DNA from: Salpingoeca rosetta
Lineage: Eukaryota > Protista > Choanoflagellata
DNA length: 64,000 bases
NCBI GenBank assembly: GCA_033442325.1
Contig: JAWQFM010000025.1
Location: forward strand, 548,638-612,637
Direction: 5' to 3'
Positions 52,115 through 64,000 of the stretch are shown here, piece by piece. Under the pieces are notes generated by a model. The model worked only from the letters and a program-made list of their open reading frames with translations, did no database searches and was not told the origin of the DNA. The stretch's first letter is position 1. Each line of letters opens with the position of its first letter. The position numbers and the translations under genes are program-made.

Positions 52115-53470
52115 CACCAACGCACACACACTGGTCTTGCTGTTGCCACGCTCACCTTGGCTGTGACACCATGCAAATGTGTGCGGGCATGGTGAAACAG
52201 GACTTGCTGAAGCAAGGTCCACGTGTTGAGCTAGTTCAGAAGAAGGACGAGCCAAAGCGCACGCCGCGTCCGCTCCACGAACTCCTCCCACCGCACGTCC
52301 TGCATCCACCATCACCGCGTCCCGTCCGCGCTCGAGGTCGCGTTCAGCCAACACGCCTGGTTCCCACGAAACCGCACGTGTGCACATGTGCCAGTCGCCG
52401 ACGCGCCGCCGCCACCGCCGCTGCCACCGCCGCCGCTGATGCTGCTGGCCGCGGTGATAGTGGTGTTGATCGTGTCGACAGCGTTGATGGTGATCGTGGA
52501 CGTGTGTGATCAGGTGTCCTTCAGATGGACACACACACACACTCGCACACATGTCCTGCTGGCCATGGCTTGGCCATTGACGCCTTTCGTGTTCTCTGTC
52601 TGTGATATTTGCAGTCAGTGCAGTTGGTGTTGTCGGTCGCTGTCATCATGCTGTCGCTGTCATCATGCTGTCGCTGTCATGGTCGTGGTGCCACTGGTCG
52701 TGGTGTTCGCGGATGGTGTGTTGCATTCCCCCAAACCATTGCCGTTTGTGTCCTTTGTACCTTGATCGTTGATGTCTTCTGTTGTCTCTGGTCGCTGCTG
52801 ATGCGGCTGCCTCATTGGGGTTGGTGATTGGGCTTGCTTCAATCCAAGCCTTCAAATCCCATCTGTCCATGTTCCTCTGCACGTCATGTTCCCTGTCGGC
52901 GGACACATGCACACGCACACGCATACACACATACGGGTGAGAGGTTGTGAGTGAGGACAATGCACACACACAGCACTGCTTCATGCAATGCCCGCAACGG
53001 CTCACGAGCAGCTTGCATCAATCGCCTCTGACATCACAATTTGAATCATTTACCTGGCATCGAATTAAACAACAACAAAATGTGTCGTGTGGTTGCGCAC
53101 ATACGAAAGTGAACCTGCCAACAGCCGCCAAAACTCACGCAAGCCATCTTCGCCCACAACAGCAGCGCACACCAGCACGAGAGAAGAAGCCGAGTAGGTT
53201 GGGGGATGAAGGGAGGCAAGGGAGAAAGTAGTGTGGTTGTGTGCACCCGTGTGATTGTGTTTCAGGTTGGTGTGAGCGCTTGCGCGGTTGCGTGTATGTG
53301 TGGGTGGCTGTGCAAACATGAAGGAGTGCACAGGCACAACCAAGGTCCCACCCAGTGACACTCACACGCGCACGCACAAACGCGCACACGCACACGCGCT
53401 CACGTAAACAACCGACCTTGTGCCACAGCGGTTCACTGTACACAGCAGCAGTAGCGACAATCGCACAGAC

Positions 53471-53579
53471 ATGGATGACGCCATCCCAACCTTCTACAGC
53501 ATCGTGAGTGCCTGCAGCGCAATGTGTGTGTGTGTGTGCATGAGTGCGCATGTGTATGCATGTCGTGGAAGCACGTGTG

Positions 53580-53623
<44 letters not shown>

Positions 53624-54231
53624 CGCGCGTGTGCGTGTGTGTGTGCGTGTGTGCAACAGTGAATCATGGGCACGTCTACAACCCCTTGCACCATCGCTTC
53701 TTCGTCACCACTAACGCACACACAACCCACACCCACACACACACAATTCCTCACACCCACCCTGTGTCGTGTACGCACCCTGTGCAGCGGGCGTGGATGC
53801 AAACCCAGCAGACGAGTGCTGCGCGTATGCGCGGTCTTCAATCAGTTCATCGCCGCATGGGCCGTCGCCGCCGCCACCGCCACCTTCCTCAATACTGGCT
53901 GGTCCTCAATCTTCTTGAGCGGGAGCGCAGTCGCCAACACCAACACCAACAGCGCCATCGTCGCTCGCAGCCGACAGCAGCAGCAACGCCACCGCATGCA
54001 CCCATGGTGACAGCAGCTGCTGGTACACGCGCCCACGACCCACAGCAGCAACAGCACGTGCCACAAGGGGTCCGTAAACCACTGCAGCAGTACCATGGCG
54101 CGACATCACCGCCTGGTTATCCGGGACTCGCTCCCGTTTATGAGCAGATGATGATGATGACGACGATGACACCATTGGCGCCGACGGTGCAGCCGCTCCA
54201 GATGTACCAGTCGTTCCCACAGCAGCGCGCT

Positions 54232-54262
<31 letters not shown>

Positions 54263-54627
54263 CAGCAACGCACCGCTTCTGCCACCACTGCCACCAGTAC
54301 CACCATCACGACCACTATCATTTCCACCACCAGGTTGTGGATGGTGGCCAACACGTGGTGGGACTCCGTCTGCCGCTGCCGCAGGGGCACATCGCTCATC
54401 CACCGCTGGGCGAGCGGCAGCAGCAGCGTATGCAGGGCGAGATTCTGGGCTCACATCCACACGTGCGGCGCAACGCGGCCGGTGAGCAACACGTCTTTCC
54501 CGCGCAGCACATGATGTTGGCTAGTCCTCCTCCTCCACCACCACCACCGCCGCCACCACGCCGCGCTGACAACAGCGGCGGAGACGGCGGCAGTGGCAGT
54601 GGCGTTGCTCAGGATGGCGAATGGTGA
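53471..54627 (+). CDS. Hypothetical 2-exon Q/H/P-rich protein
   Basis: MDDAIPTFYSI, donor gtgagt 53504, intron with GT-then-CA tracts, acceptor cag 53787. Joins in frame to RAWMQTQQ.. and ends at TGA 54627. Confidence 0.45.
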
Positions 54628-55908
54628 CGATGATGACGATGAAGAAGAAGGGGCATGTGGACGCGTGCTTGCATCAGGCCAGGCCAGTTGTCAAAGGGAA
54701 CGGGCGGATTGTGGTTTGATTCTCCGCTGCTGTCCTCGTTATGTGTTGGTGTCTGTGCTTGTGTCGGCCTCTCTGCGTCGATGGTCTTCAGCTTCTTCGT
54801 CTCCTCTTTTCCTGTCGTGTGTGCTGTTGTCGTTCATNNNNNNNNNNNNNNNNNNNNNNNNNNNNNNNNNNNNNNNNNNNNNNNNNNNNNNNNNNNNNNN
54901 NNNNNNNNNNNNNNNNNNNNNNNNNNNNNNNNNNNNNTCGTTGTTGTTGGAGTGTATTTCATCTCCCCTTCCGTGTATGCTGCTGCTGTTGCTGCTTCAG
55001 CACGCCATGCGTCTTGTTCAATCTTTGCTGTCCTCGTGCACAACACGGTGGCATCTGTCTTGATTCTGCAGCAGCAAAGCACACCAAGGGAAAGCGTGAG
55101 AGGACACACACACACACGCACACACACACACGCACACACGCACACACGCACACACACACACACACGTACACGCATTGCCTGTGGAACGGACCGTGGAATG
55201 AAATCGCTGCTCGCGTGCTGCGACGTTGCGATGTGGACAGAGAGAGGTATTCACCCAGCATCCGTCTGCCCGAGTATGCGTGTGTGTATGCATGTACGCG
55301 CGCGCATGTTGGCATTGTGAGGGTCAGTTGCACGTTGCAGGAGGTTGGCGGAGTCCAACACACAACACACGCACGCAAGACGGTGTGCGTGTGAAAGACA
55401 ACGTAGAGCACTGGCATGAACACGCAAGCACCCCCGCACGCTGTTCCAAGCGCAGGGGACTTGCCCTCGAAGCAGCACCACTCACAATCACACGCACACA
55501 TGCGCGCGCGCACACGCACACGCACAAACACACACATGCGCATGCCCACGCACAAACACACACGCACACACACGCGCGCGCGCACACACACACACTCTCA
55601 TCTACACACTACCTTATGTGCGTGGGTTGGATGGATTGTGTGGCAGCCTCAGCAACCAGCACGATTGTCATAACCACACGAGGGCACGCGTTGGCATGGT
55701 TGCAGCCGCCTCTGTCGTTCTTCTGGCTTGCATGGAGTCATGCCACTTGGAACTGACAAGCCCAAACGGCAACCGCAAAGTGTGAACGTTTGTGTGGCGT
55801 GTCAGTAAAGACGAGAGTGAGCAATCGTGGTTGTATGCGTTTCGCGCAAACGCACGATCGGCTCATGATCAACCAAGCACAGCCCAACACATGCACACGC
55901 ACCGGAGC

Positions 55909-56009
<101 letters not shown>

Positions 56010-56682
56010 CGTGTGTGTGTGTGTGTATGGTGTGTGTGTGTGACCTTGCTTCTTTTTATTGGGGAAAACTCGCTGAAATCTTACACTGTTCCCAGCGCTC
56101 AGAGATGGGGAAGGGGTAAAACAGAGGGCAGCGGTGTGCATGGGCGAATGTGTGTGAGAGCAGGCGCCGCTTAGTGTGACCTCAAAGAACGAAATCTTGT
56201 GAACTGCGTGGTCGATTCTCTCCAAAGTGTAACCGATGCTCCCTGAAGTAGCAAGAGCCATCCCACGCCAAAGCTCCAAAGAGCACAGTGCGTGTACCTG
56301 TGGTTGGTTGCAGGCCTGTGGAGTGCTCACAGCGAGTGTGCACATCTGCCAAGGCAGTCACTGGGCTGATGTGTGCTTCATCAGGGAGAAATACGAGAAG
56401 TCAGAGCCGGAGCCACGAAAGAGACTTTCACTTCTTCAGTGCAGTTAAGCCTCATTGTTTCTCTATTTGCTCCGGTTGCAGCCTTGCGTGTTTGAGGGTG
56501 CAAGCGCAGCAAGCGTGCTGCCCACAGTTTCTATTGTGGAGCGCGCTTGTGTTTGTGGTGTGCGAATGTGTGGTCGGCGGTGAATCAGTATGCAAGCAAG
56601 CGCGCCAACAGACAAAATCTCACAACGAACACACGCTGTGTCCATGCTCTCGCTCTCAGCGTACTTGCCCAGCAGCTTTCAT

Positions 56683-57033
56683 NNNNNNNNNNNNNNNNNN
56701 NNNNNNNNNNNNNNNNNNNNNNNNNNNNNNNNNNNNNNNNNNNNNNNNNNNNNNNNNNNNNNNNNNNNNNNNNNNNNNNNNNNNNNNNNNNNNNNNNNNN
56801 NNNNNNNNNNNNNNNNNNNNNNNNNNNNNNNNNNNNNNNNNNNNNNNNNNNNNNNNNNNNNNNNNNNNNNNNNNNNNNNNNNNNNNNNNNNNNNNNNNNN
56901 NNNNNNNNNNNNNNNNNNNNNNNNNNNNNNNNNNNNNNNNNNNNNNNNNNNNNNNNNNNNNNNNNNNNNNNNNNNNNNNNNNNNNNNNNNNNNNNNNNNN
57001 NNNNNNNNNNNNNNNNNNNNNNNNNNNNNNNNN
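56683..57033. other. Assembly gap (others at 12994-13093, 51813-51952, 54838-54937, 63101-63434)
   Basis: N runs. Confidence 1.
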
Positions 57034-57282
57034 ACTCCCACGTTGCAACACGCAGGCACAAGCCACATTTATTCCAAACGCCATGAGCTTACTTGAAGGC
57101 AGTGGTGGCGGCACCAGGGTGATGCTGGTTTGGGTGTAGGCAGTAGAGTGCCAGTGACACGTGCATCGCATCAGTCAGTCGACACAGGTGTGTGAGAGAC
57201 GGCGAGCGCCGTGCACATCCACTGTCATGCCTCTTCCCTGTTGTTTTCAATGAGAGCGTGTGCGTGTGTGTTTGTGTGTGCA

Positions 57283-57319
<37 letters not shown>

Positions 57320-58250
57320 ATGTTTGTGTGTGTGATTTTGAGTGTGAGTGTGTGGAGAAGCGTGCCCGCACGCAAGAAGGCTGTCTTTCTGTCTGGGTTC
57401 CTCCACGCACAATCGCAGCGACACACACGCCTGCTGTTGTCATCTTTCAAGAGCAAGACAGAGACAACACAAAGCACAGAGAGAGAGGCGCACACAACCC
57501 CTTCTGCCTGCAGTGCATCTCTAGTTGGCTGGCTGCAACAACAGAAGAGGCGCAGAGCCCACGACTCTTATCACTCACCACCATTGTCGTCGTGGTTGTC
57601 TTCTGCAGCACAGCAGCTTGTTTGCTGTCTGTGCTTTTGCTTGCAAGCACGAAGCAGCAACAGCATTGTTCGGCACCGTCCTGAATTCAGTTTTTTGCAG
57701 AACCAAAAACACACGACCCTGACCAACGCTTCGCAAACAAAACGTGGTTGAGTGAAAGTTGTTGGGTTTCTGGCAACCCATGCACATGCACTCTTCCACT
57801 CCACCAGCACCTCCTCGCTCATCGTCCACTGACGGACCTTCCCTTGCCCGTTCCCTTGCCATCAAGGCAACGCAGGGAACGAACACATGTTGAGACGTGT
57901 TGCAGTGGGCCAAAGCGCCAACCCTGACAACCCCCAACCCTGACAACAACTAGAACTTTTTCGCATGGAAAAGGTGTTTTTCCCTTTGTTGTCTCCTTGC
58001 TGCGTGCCCAGTGGCTGGAACGAAAGTCATGGCGACGTCTAGGATGTGGGTGTGGTTGTGTGGCTGCCAGCTGCAGCAGGGAGATGGGAGATGATGATGG
58101 TTGGTGGGTGGTTGGCGCTTTGACATTTTTCCAACCACCTCGACAACCATCGGAAGTCACACTCCAGCACACACTCACACAGCGAGGACATCACCCACAA
58201 TTACCCCATACCGGCCACAGTCTCTTCCACAGAATAAGAGGGGGCAAAAC

Positions 58251-61200
58251 ATGATGGCACACACATCCACCGCATCCATGCTGCACTTCCTGATGATCGT
58301 GCTCGCCACGGCCCTCACTGCGGCCTCACCGGTCACGGCACAACAGAACGGCACAGCGGTCCCTGCCGCGTACCGCATCCAAATCGGCTGCGTCCTCTCC
58401 CCACTTCACCCAGGTGGGTTCCATGTGTTTGTGCGTGGCTGTGCGCGTGCAAAGGTGTACGTGCAAACGCATTGGTGTTCTCGCTTGCTTGTTGGTTTCC
58501 TTGCCACCCCTGCAGCGTGTCGCTGTCGCTGCGTCACTTCCACTTGCTTGTTCGCGAACTCGCAACTCCACGACTTGGGCGTTGTCACATCACCACACAC
58601 GCACACTTGCTTGCATTTTCCGTGTCACCAGAGGCATGTGATGCCTACGAGAACTTCCTGAACGCTGTTATCCCCGGCCTCTTTGCCTTTCACCGCATGT
58701 CGGAACTGGAGCTGCTGGATCAGGTCGACACCCTGGAGTATGCACTCGTCGACACCAAGACCATGTCTTGCCTCGACGTCGAACAAGGATTCGCCCCTCT
58801 CAACGGCTTTGGCCTCCCCGTCGTCACAGGTGTGTGTGTGTGTGTGCCTGTGCCTGTGTGTCTGCGTGTATCTGTGTGTGTGTGTGTCTGTGTGTGTGTG
58901 TGTGTGTCTGTCTGTCTGTGTGTGTCTGTCTGTCTGTCTGTCTGTGTGTGTCTGTGTGTGTCTGTGTGTGTGTCTGTGTGTGTCTGCGTTTGCCTCTCTG
59001 AGCGAGTGTCAGATGTTTGCCTCTCTGAGCGAGTGTCACGTCGTCAACCGCTTGAGAAACTGCTCAACCGCACGAACAGCTTGATTTCTCGCAAGGTGGA
59101 CCAACTTACCACTCTCCATGTGTGTGTTGATGTGTGTGTGTGGTGCAATCCTGTGCACATTGGCCTCCTGGCTTGTCTCCTGTCTCACTCCTGTCTCACA
59201 CCAACACCGCACCACACTGCAACATCTGCCCCAACTCAAACACACAGATCCAGTTCCTGGGCACACACGAGCGTGTGCTTGATGCCGTGCTGTCTGGCGA
59301 TGCTGCTGCCGGCATGGTGCAAACCGGTTTCCTCGAGCAAGCCGCCCATGACGGGCTGCTCAACTGGGAAGACATCGACATCCTCGCCCAGGAGATTGCC
59401 ATCACCGAAGACGGCACGCGCTTCCCCTACTTCAGCTCAACCCTTATCTACCCAGGTTGGACCGTTGTTGCCACCAGCTTCTCATCGCTGCAGGCGCGCA
59501 CCGATGTGCTCAACTTTGTCCTCGCCGTCCCCAGCACCACCATCGCCTTCACGTCGCCCGAGAGCTTTGCCGGTGTCGGCGATATCCTGGTGAGCGAACT
59601 GAGTTGTGGAGAGGGGCTTGTGTGGTACGCATGTTGCTGCATGCTTCCACTGCGCACACACATGACAGTGCTTGCTTGGCTGCGGCATGCATGCACAACA
59701 CTCGCGCATTCCAATTCCAATGCTTCCACACACTCATTCCCCACCTATCACGTTCGCTCCAACATGATCACAACCACCAACACAGGAGAACTTTGGCGTG
59801 ATTGAGCGCGATCTTGTGCGCACGACAGAGACCCGCTGCGTCCGCAAGGCGTCCCACGTCGTCGTCCCGGAGACGAACGAGGGTGCAGCACCCGCCGTTG
59901 CGATGGATGATGGCGAAGCACAAGCTGAGCAAATCGATGAACCTGGCGCCGTCGTGTTGGCCGCTTCAGGTGGTGACGCGGGTTCCAACGCGCACACCAG
60001 CGAGCTTGTGACCTCCCAGGTCATCTGCCCCAACACGCACTTCATCTTCAACCACGTCGTGCTCGCCACCCGCTGTGCCGGCCGCTCGTGCCCCGATCAA
60101 GCCCGCTGCCTCTGCCGCCCATGCCAGAAGTCACCGCCTGTGCTGGTATGTGTGTGCATGAGTGTGTGTGTATGATGTACTTGACTGCCTGCACACATGT
60201 TTGTGTGCGTGTTTTCGTGCGTCCATCTGCTTTCTTTTGCTGTGGTTGGTTTCGTTCAACCCAACGTCGCTCATTCAACCATTCAATTGTGGTCTCTGGT
60301 TGCTTCCTCTTGCCTGCAGGCACACGTTTCTCCGGTGCAGGTGACAGAGCAGTTCTTCCAACAGGACACCGCCGTGGCAGCCCGGGATGTGCTGTTGACG
60401 TCGTGCGAGCGCATGCGTGTGTGCGCATTTTCACAGCAGGCGCAAACGCTCCACTTCGTTCTGGAGGACCAGCTCTATTTTGAGCGACCAAACAAGGACA
60501 CATTGTTCTACTTTGTCAGCCTCTTCTGGGCAGAAGCAGATGGGACCACGAGCACCGAAGCCGTGCCTCTTCCCACCTATCCAAACCTCGCGGCATTCAA
60601 CATCACGGGCACCCGCTACGGCACTGGCGTTGTCGAGGTGAGCAGGCATGCACTTGTGATTGCGTCGCCATCGCAGCAAATTCAGAAGAGTGGCTCCATG
60701 TGCATTTCTTCACGCCTGCATGAGCCTTCTCACAATCTGAGTCACCCACCGATCTGCCCCCACCCGCTTCGTGCTTTGATGCCCCATCTCACCCAAAACA
60801 CGCACACACGCGCGCGCATGTACACACATACATACGCACACACACACACATACACATGCAGATCTATGTTGCTGACCGCAACACGGAGATCACCGAGTGG
60901 CAGCCCATTGATGGAAGCCCTTTCCTGCTTCAGGTCTCGCCACGCGACTGCCCAGATGGAATGGAGCCCACGCAGGACAACACGTGCGAATGCCCCGTGG
61001 GTACGCTGGAAGTCAATGGCGGGTGCATGCAGGCAAAGGAGTATCTGCCCATCTTCATCGGCAGTGCCCTGGCTGTGATTGGCATCGGCGTGTACATTGC
61101 CATTGCGGTGGTGCGACGAAACGCAGACAAGCTGTGGCAGATTGACGCGGCAGACGTTGTTGTGAGCGACCCGCCCGAGGTGCTTGGGATGGGCGCGTTT

Positions 61201-62352
61201 GGTGTTGTGATCAAGGGGGAGCTGAACGGCACCGGCATCGCCATCAAGCGCGTCATGCCACGATCATCCAAGAAGACGACAGACACAAACGGGCGCAGCA
61301 CTCGCACGAGGGGCAGGATCGCCAGCAGCAAGCGCAGTGCCAAGAGTGCCAGCACCGTTGACAGCAGCAACGTCGACGTGTACTCGATGAACGCGACCAG
61401 CACCATCCAAGCATCCAAGACAACCAATGGCTTTGGCATGAAGTTTGGCAACGTCGACAATGAGGCAGCGATTGAGCGGGCGCTGGAGTGGCAGGATGCG
61501 GAAGCAAACAAGGCAACAACAGCCCGCACCGGCCACGGCAAGGAGATCTCCAACGCCAAGTGCGTGCGATGGCTGTTTTTGTCGGTGTGTGTGTGTGTTT
61601 ATGTCTGTGTGTGCATCTTTGTGTGTTGGTGCGCTGGAGGTGAGAAAGCATCACCTGGCTGCTACTCATCAACCCATTTGTTGCATGTTCTTGTTTCGCA
61701 GGTCTGAGTTCATGGCGGAGATTCGCCTGCTGTCGCGCCTGCGTCACCCGTGCGTCGCCACCATGCTCGGCGCCATCGTCACAAAGTCAAGCGAAGTTCT
61801 CCTCGTCATGGAATACCTCGAGCACGGGTTAGTTGTGTGCGTGCGTGTGTGTGTGTGTGTGTGCGTGTGTGTGTGTGTGTGCGTGTGCTTGTGTGTGTGT
61901 GTGTGTGCGTGTGCTTGTGTGTGCTTGTGTGTGTATCTATCTTTCTACCTGTCTACCTGTCTGTGTACGTGTGTGCGTGTGTGTCGCGTGCTGCTTGGGG
62001 ATGCTTGCAAGCAAACTGGCAGAGCCCTTCTCATCGCTCACAATTGGTTGTCACAACCCATCACTGCTCGAACGCTGCTCCAACCAACGACAGGTCGCTG
62101 TATGACTTCCTGCGCAACGACAAGCTGCCGACACCAGACATGTTCCTGCTGCCCATTGTCAAGGACATTGTGTCTGGCATGCGCTACATCCACAACCTCA
62201 AGCCACCGGTTGTGCACGGCGATCTCAAGGCGAAGAACGTGCTTGTGGATGGCAACTTCAAGGCCAAGATCTCCGACTTTGGTCTCTCCCAGAAGCAACG
62301 CTTTGGCTGTGGCACACCAATGTGGATGGCGCCAGGTGTGTGTGTGTCTGTA

Positions 62353-62386
<34 letters not shown>

Positions 62387-64000
62387 TGTGTACATGTAGT
62401 GGTGTACTGCTTTGAACGTGCGTGCATGCAAGCACGTGCATATGTATTCGGGTGTGTGTGTGTGTGTGACACAGTTGCGTTCTTTTCCCCCTACCTCAAC
62501 ACCCATACATACCTTTCAACCACGACCACTCACAATCATCGCCAACACAACCATCACAACCCACCATCACAACCATCACAACCACTGCAACCACCGCAAC
62601 CATCACAACCATGCAGAGGTGCTGCGCGGAGGAGAGGTGACGCGGGAGGCGGACGTGTACAGCTTCGCCATCACCGTGTACGAGATCTACAGCCGACAGG
62701 ACCCGTTCCCAGAAGAAGACGCGTCGGAGGTGCTGCGTCAGATTGCCGCGCGCCAGGTGCCGGCAAAGCGACCCGACATCCCAGACTCGTGCCCCGTCAT
62801 GCTGGCTGAGCTTGCGCGGCGGTGCTGGTCCGAGGAGCCCAAGTTCCGGCCAACGTTTGACCAGGTGGATGCGCAGCTGGGCGAGCTGAACATCAGCAAG
62901 GTGGGCGCAAGCCTCATCCAGCAGAAGCAGGACGCACTCAACAAGGCCACGGTGCTCAACGACGTGTTCCCAGAGCACATTGCCAAGATGCTGGAGGAGG
63001 GCAAGAAGGTGCACCCGGAGCACAAGGACGACGTGACCATCTTCTCTCCGACATTGTGGGCTTCACCAACATCAGCGCCGCAGCTGACGCCAGCAGCGGT
63101 NNNNNNNNNNNNNNNNNNNNNNNNNNNNNNNNNNNNNNNNNNNNNNNNNNNNNNNNNNNNNNNNNNNNNNNNNNNNNNNNNNNNNNNNNNNNNNNNNNNN
63201 NNNNNNNNNNNNNNNNNNNNNNNNNNNNNNNNNNNNNNNNNNNNNNNNNNNNNNNNNNNNNNNNNNNNNNNNNNNNNNNNNNNNNNNNNNNNNNNNNNNN
63301 NNNNNNNNNNNNNNNNNNNNNNNNNNNNNNNNNNNNNNNNNNNNNNNNNNNNNNNNNNNNNNNNNNNNNNNNNNNNNNNNNNNNNNNNNNNNNNNNNNNN
63401 NNNNNNNNNNNNNNNNNNNNNNNNNNNNNNNNNNTCGAGCGAGCGCAACAGATCCACATGTCGACGTCTGCGGGGGACCGCGTGCGGAGCCAGCGCCGTG
63501 GGTGAAGCTTGAGTCGCGCGGGGTGCAGAACATCAAGGGCAAGGGCGAGATGCTGACATACTGGCTGGTGAGCACGAGGAAACCTGAGCAGACGGGGCGT
63601 GTTGCCATTGCTGAGAACGAGGCCACCGTCATTGACATGGGCGAGGGTGACGATGCAAGCAGCTGCGGCATCGATGATGGCGATTGTCACGATCAAGAGC
63701 ACACCGGTGATGACGCCGACGGCCACAAGAACAGCGCGCAGCCGAGGGACAGCATTGGGGGCGGGTTTGTGTTCAAGAAAAAGTGTGCGTCGTCCATTGG
63801 GCGGCAGTCGGCAGGAACGCACGAGAGCCGCGCATCGGCGCGCGTGTCCCTGAGCTCCGTGTCGTGGCTCAATGATGCAAAGGAGTTTGAGGCCCTGTCA
63901 CGTGACAGCTTTGGCAGCCGTCGCACCTCCACCACCCCACGCAACCCACCACCACCACCACCGTCGTCGTCGTCACCATTGTCGGCAATGCCCCCTTCCC
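58251..64000 (+). CDS. Single-pass receptor: PBP type-2 (phosphonate-binding-like) ectodomain, Cys/Ig-like stalk, TM, protein kinase, class III nucleotide cyclase; 3' end beyond window; gap 63101-63434
   Basis: Signal peptide. Ectodomain [66 protein letters not shown]. Kinase [48 protein letters not shown]. Cyclase [14 protein letters not shown](F)[10 protein letters not shown] and [22 protein letters not shown]. Confidence 0.9.

Noticed and set aside
63035-63510. Programmed frameshifting or pseudogenisation in the cyclase domain (indels near 63045, 63078 and 63494)
   Set aside because: All lie within about 60 bp of the N gap and single-base fixes restore consensus ([26 protein letters not shown]); most likely contig-end errors.

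Overview
Intron-rich, GC-rich eukaryotic scaffold with dense (GT)n/(CA)n microsatellites and five N gaps. The style is most consistent with a choanoflagellate such as Salpingoeca rosetta (inferred, not proven). Most ORF-track entries are microsatellite read-through; I rebuilt the real genes by hand-splicing. In order: the 3' part of a coiled-coil + TBC Rab-GAP (+); a TIR/HET-like domain fused to twelve 42-aa TPR repeats (+); a large, probably mitochondrial PPR-motif protein (-) head-to-head with a DDX24/MAK5 DEAD-box helicase (+); two adjacent secreted proteins sharing a cubilin-like N-terminal module, one with tandem COLFI/fibrinogen-like motifs and one an intronless 7-blade propeller; a Q/H-rich bHLH-like factor (-); about 22 kb of orphan low-complexity ORFs; and a single-pass receptor with a periplasmic-binding-protein-type ectodomain, an apparently active kinase and a class III nucleotide cyclase, running off the window end. 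The most interesting signals are: (i) a polar intron architecture, GU-rich after the donor and CA-rich before the acceptor, often with no polypyrimidine tract, suggesting RNA-duplex-guided splicing; (ii) a putative TIR-NADase/TPR immune receptor with hypervariable repeat positions; (iii) the PBP-kinase-cyclase receptor; and (iv) an unexplained ~540-bp foreign segment inside an intron microsatellite.
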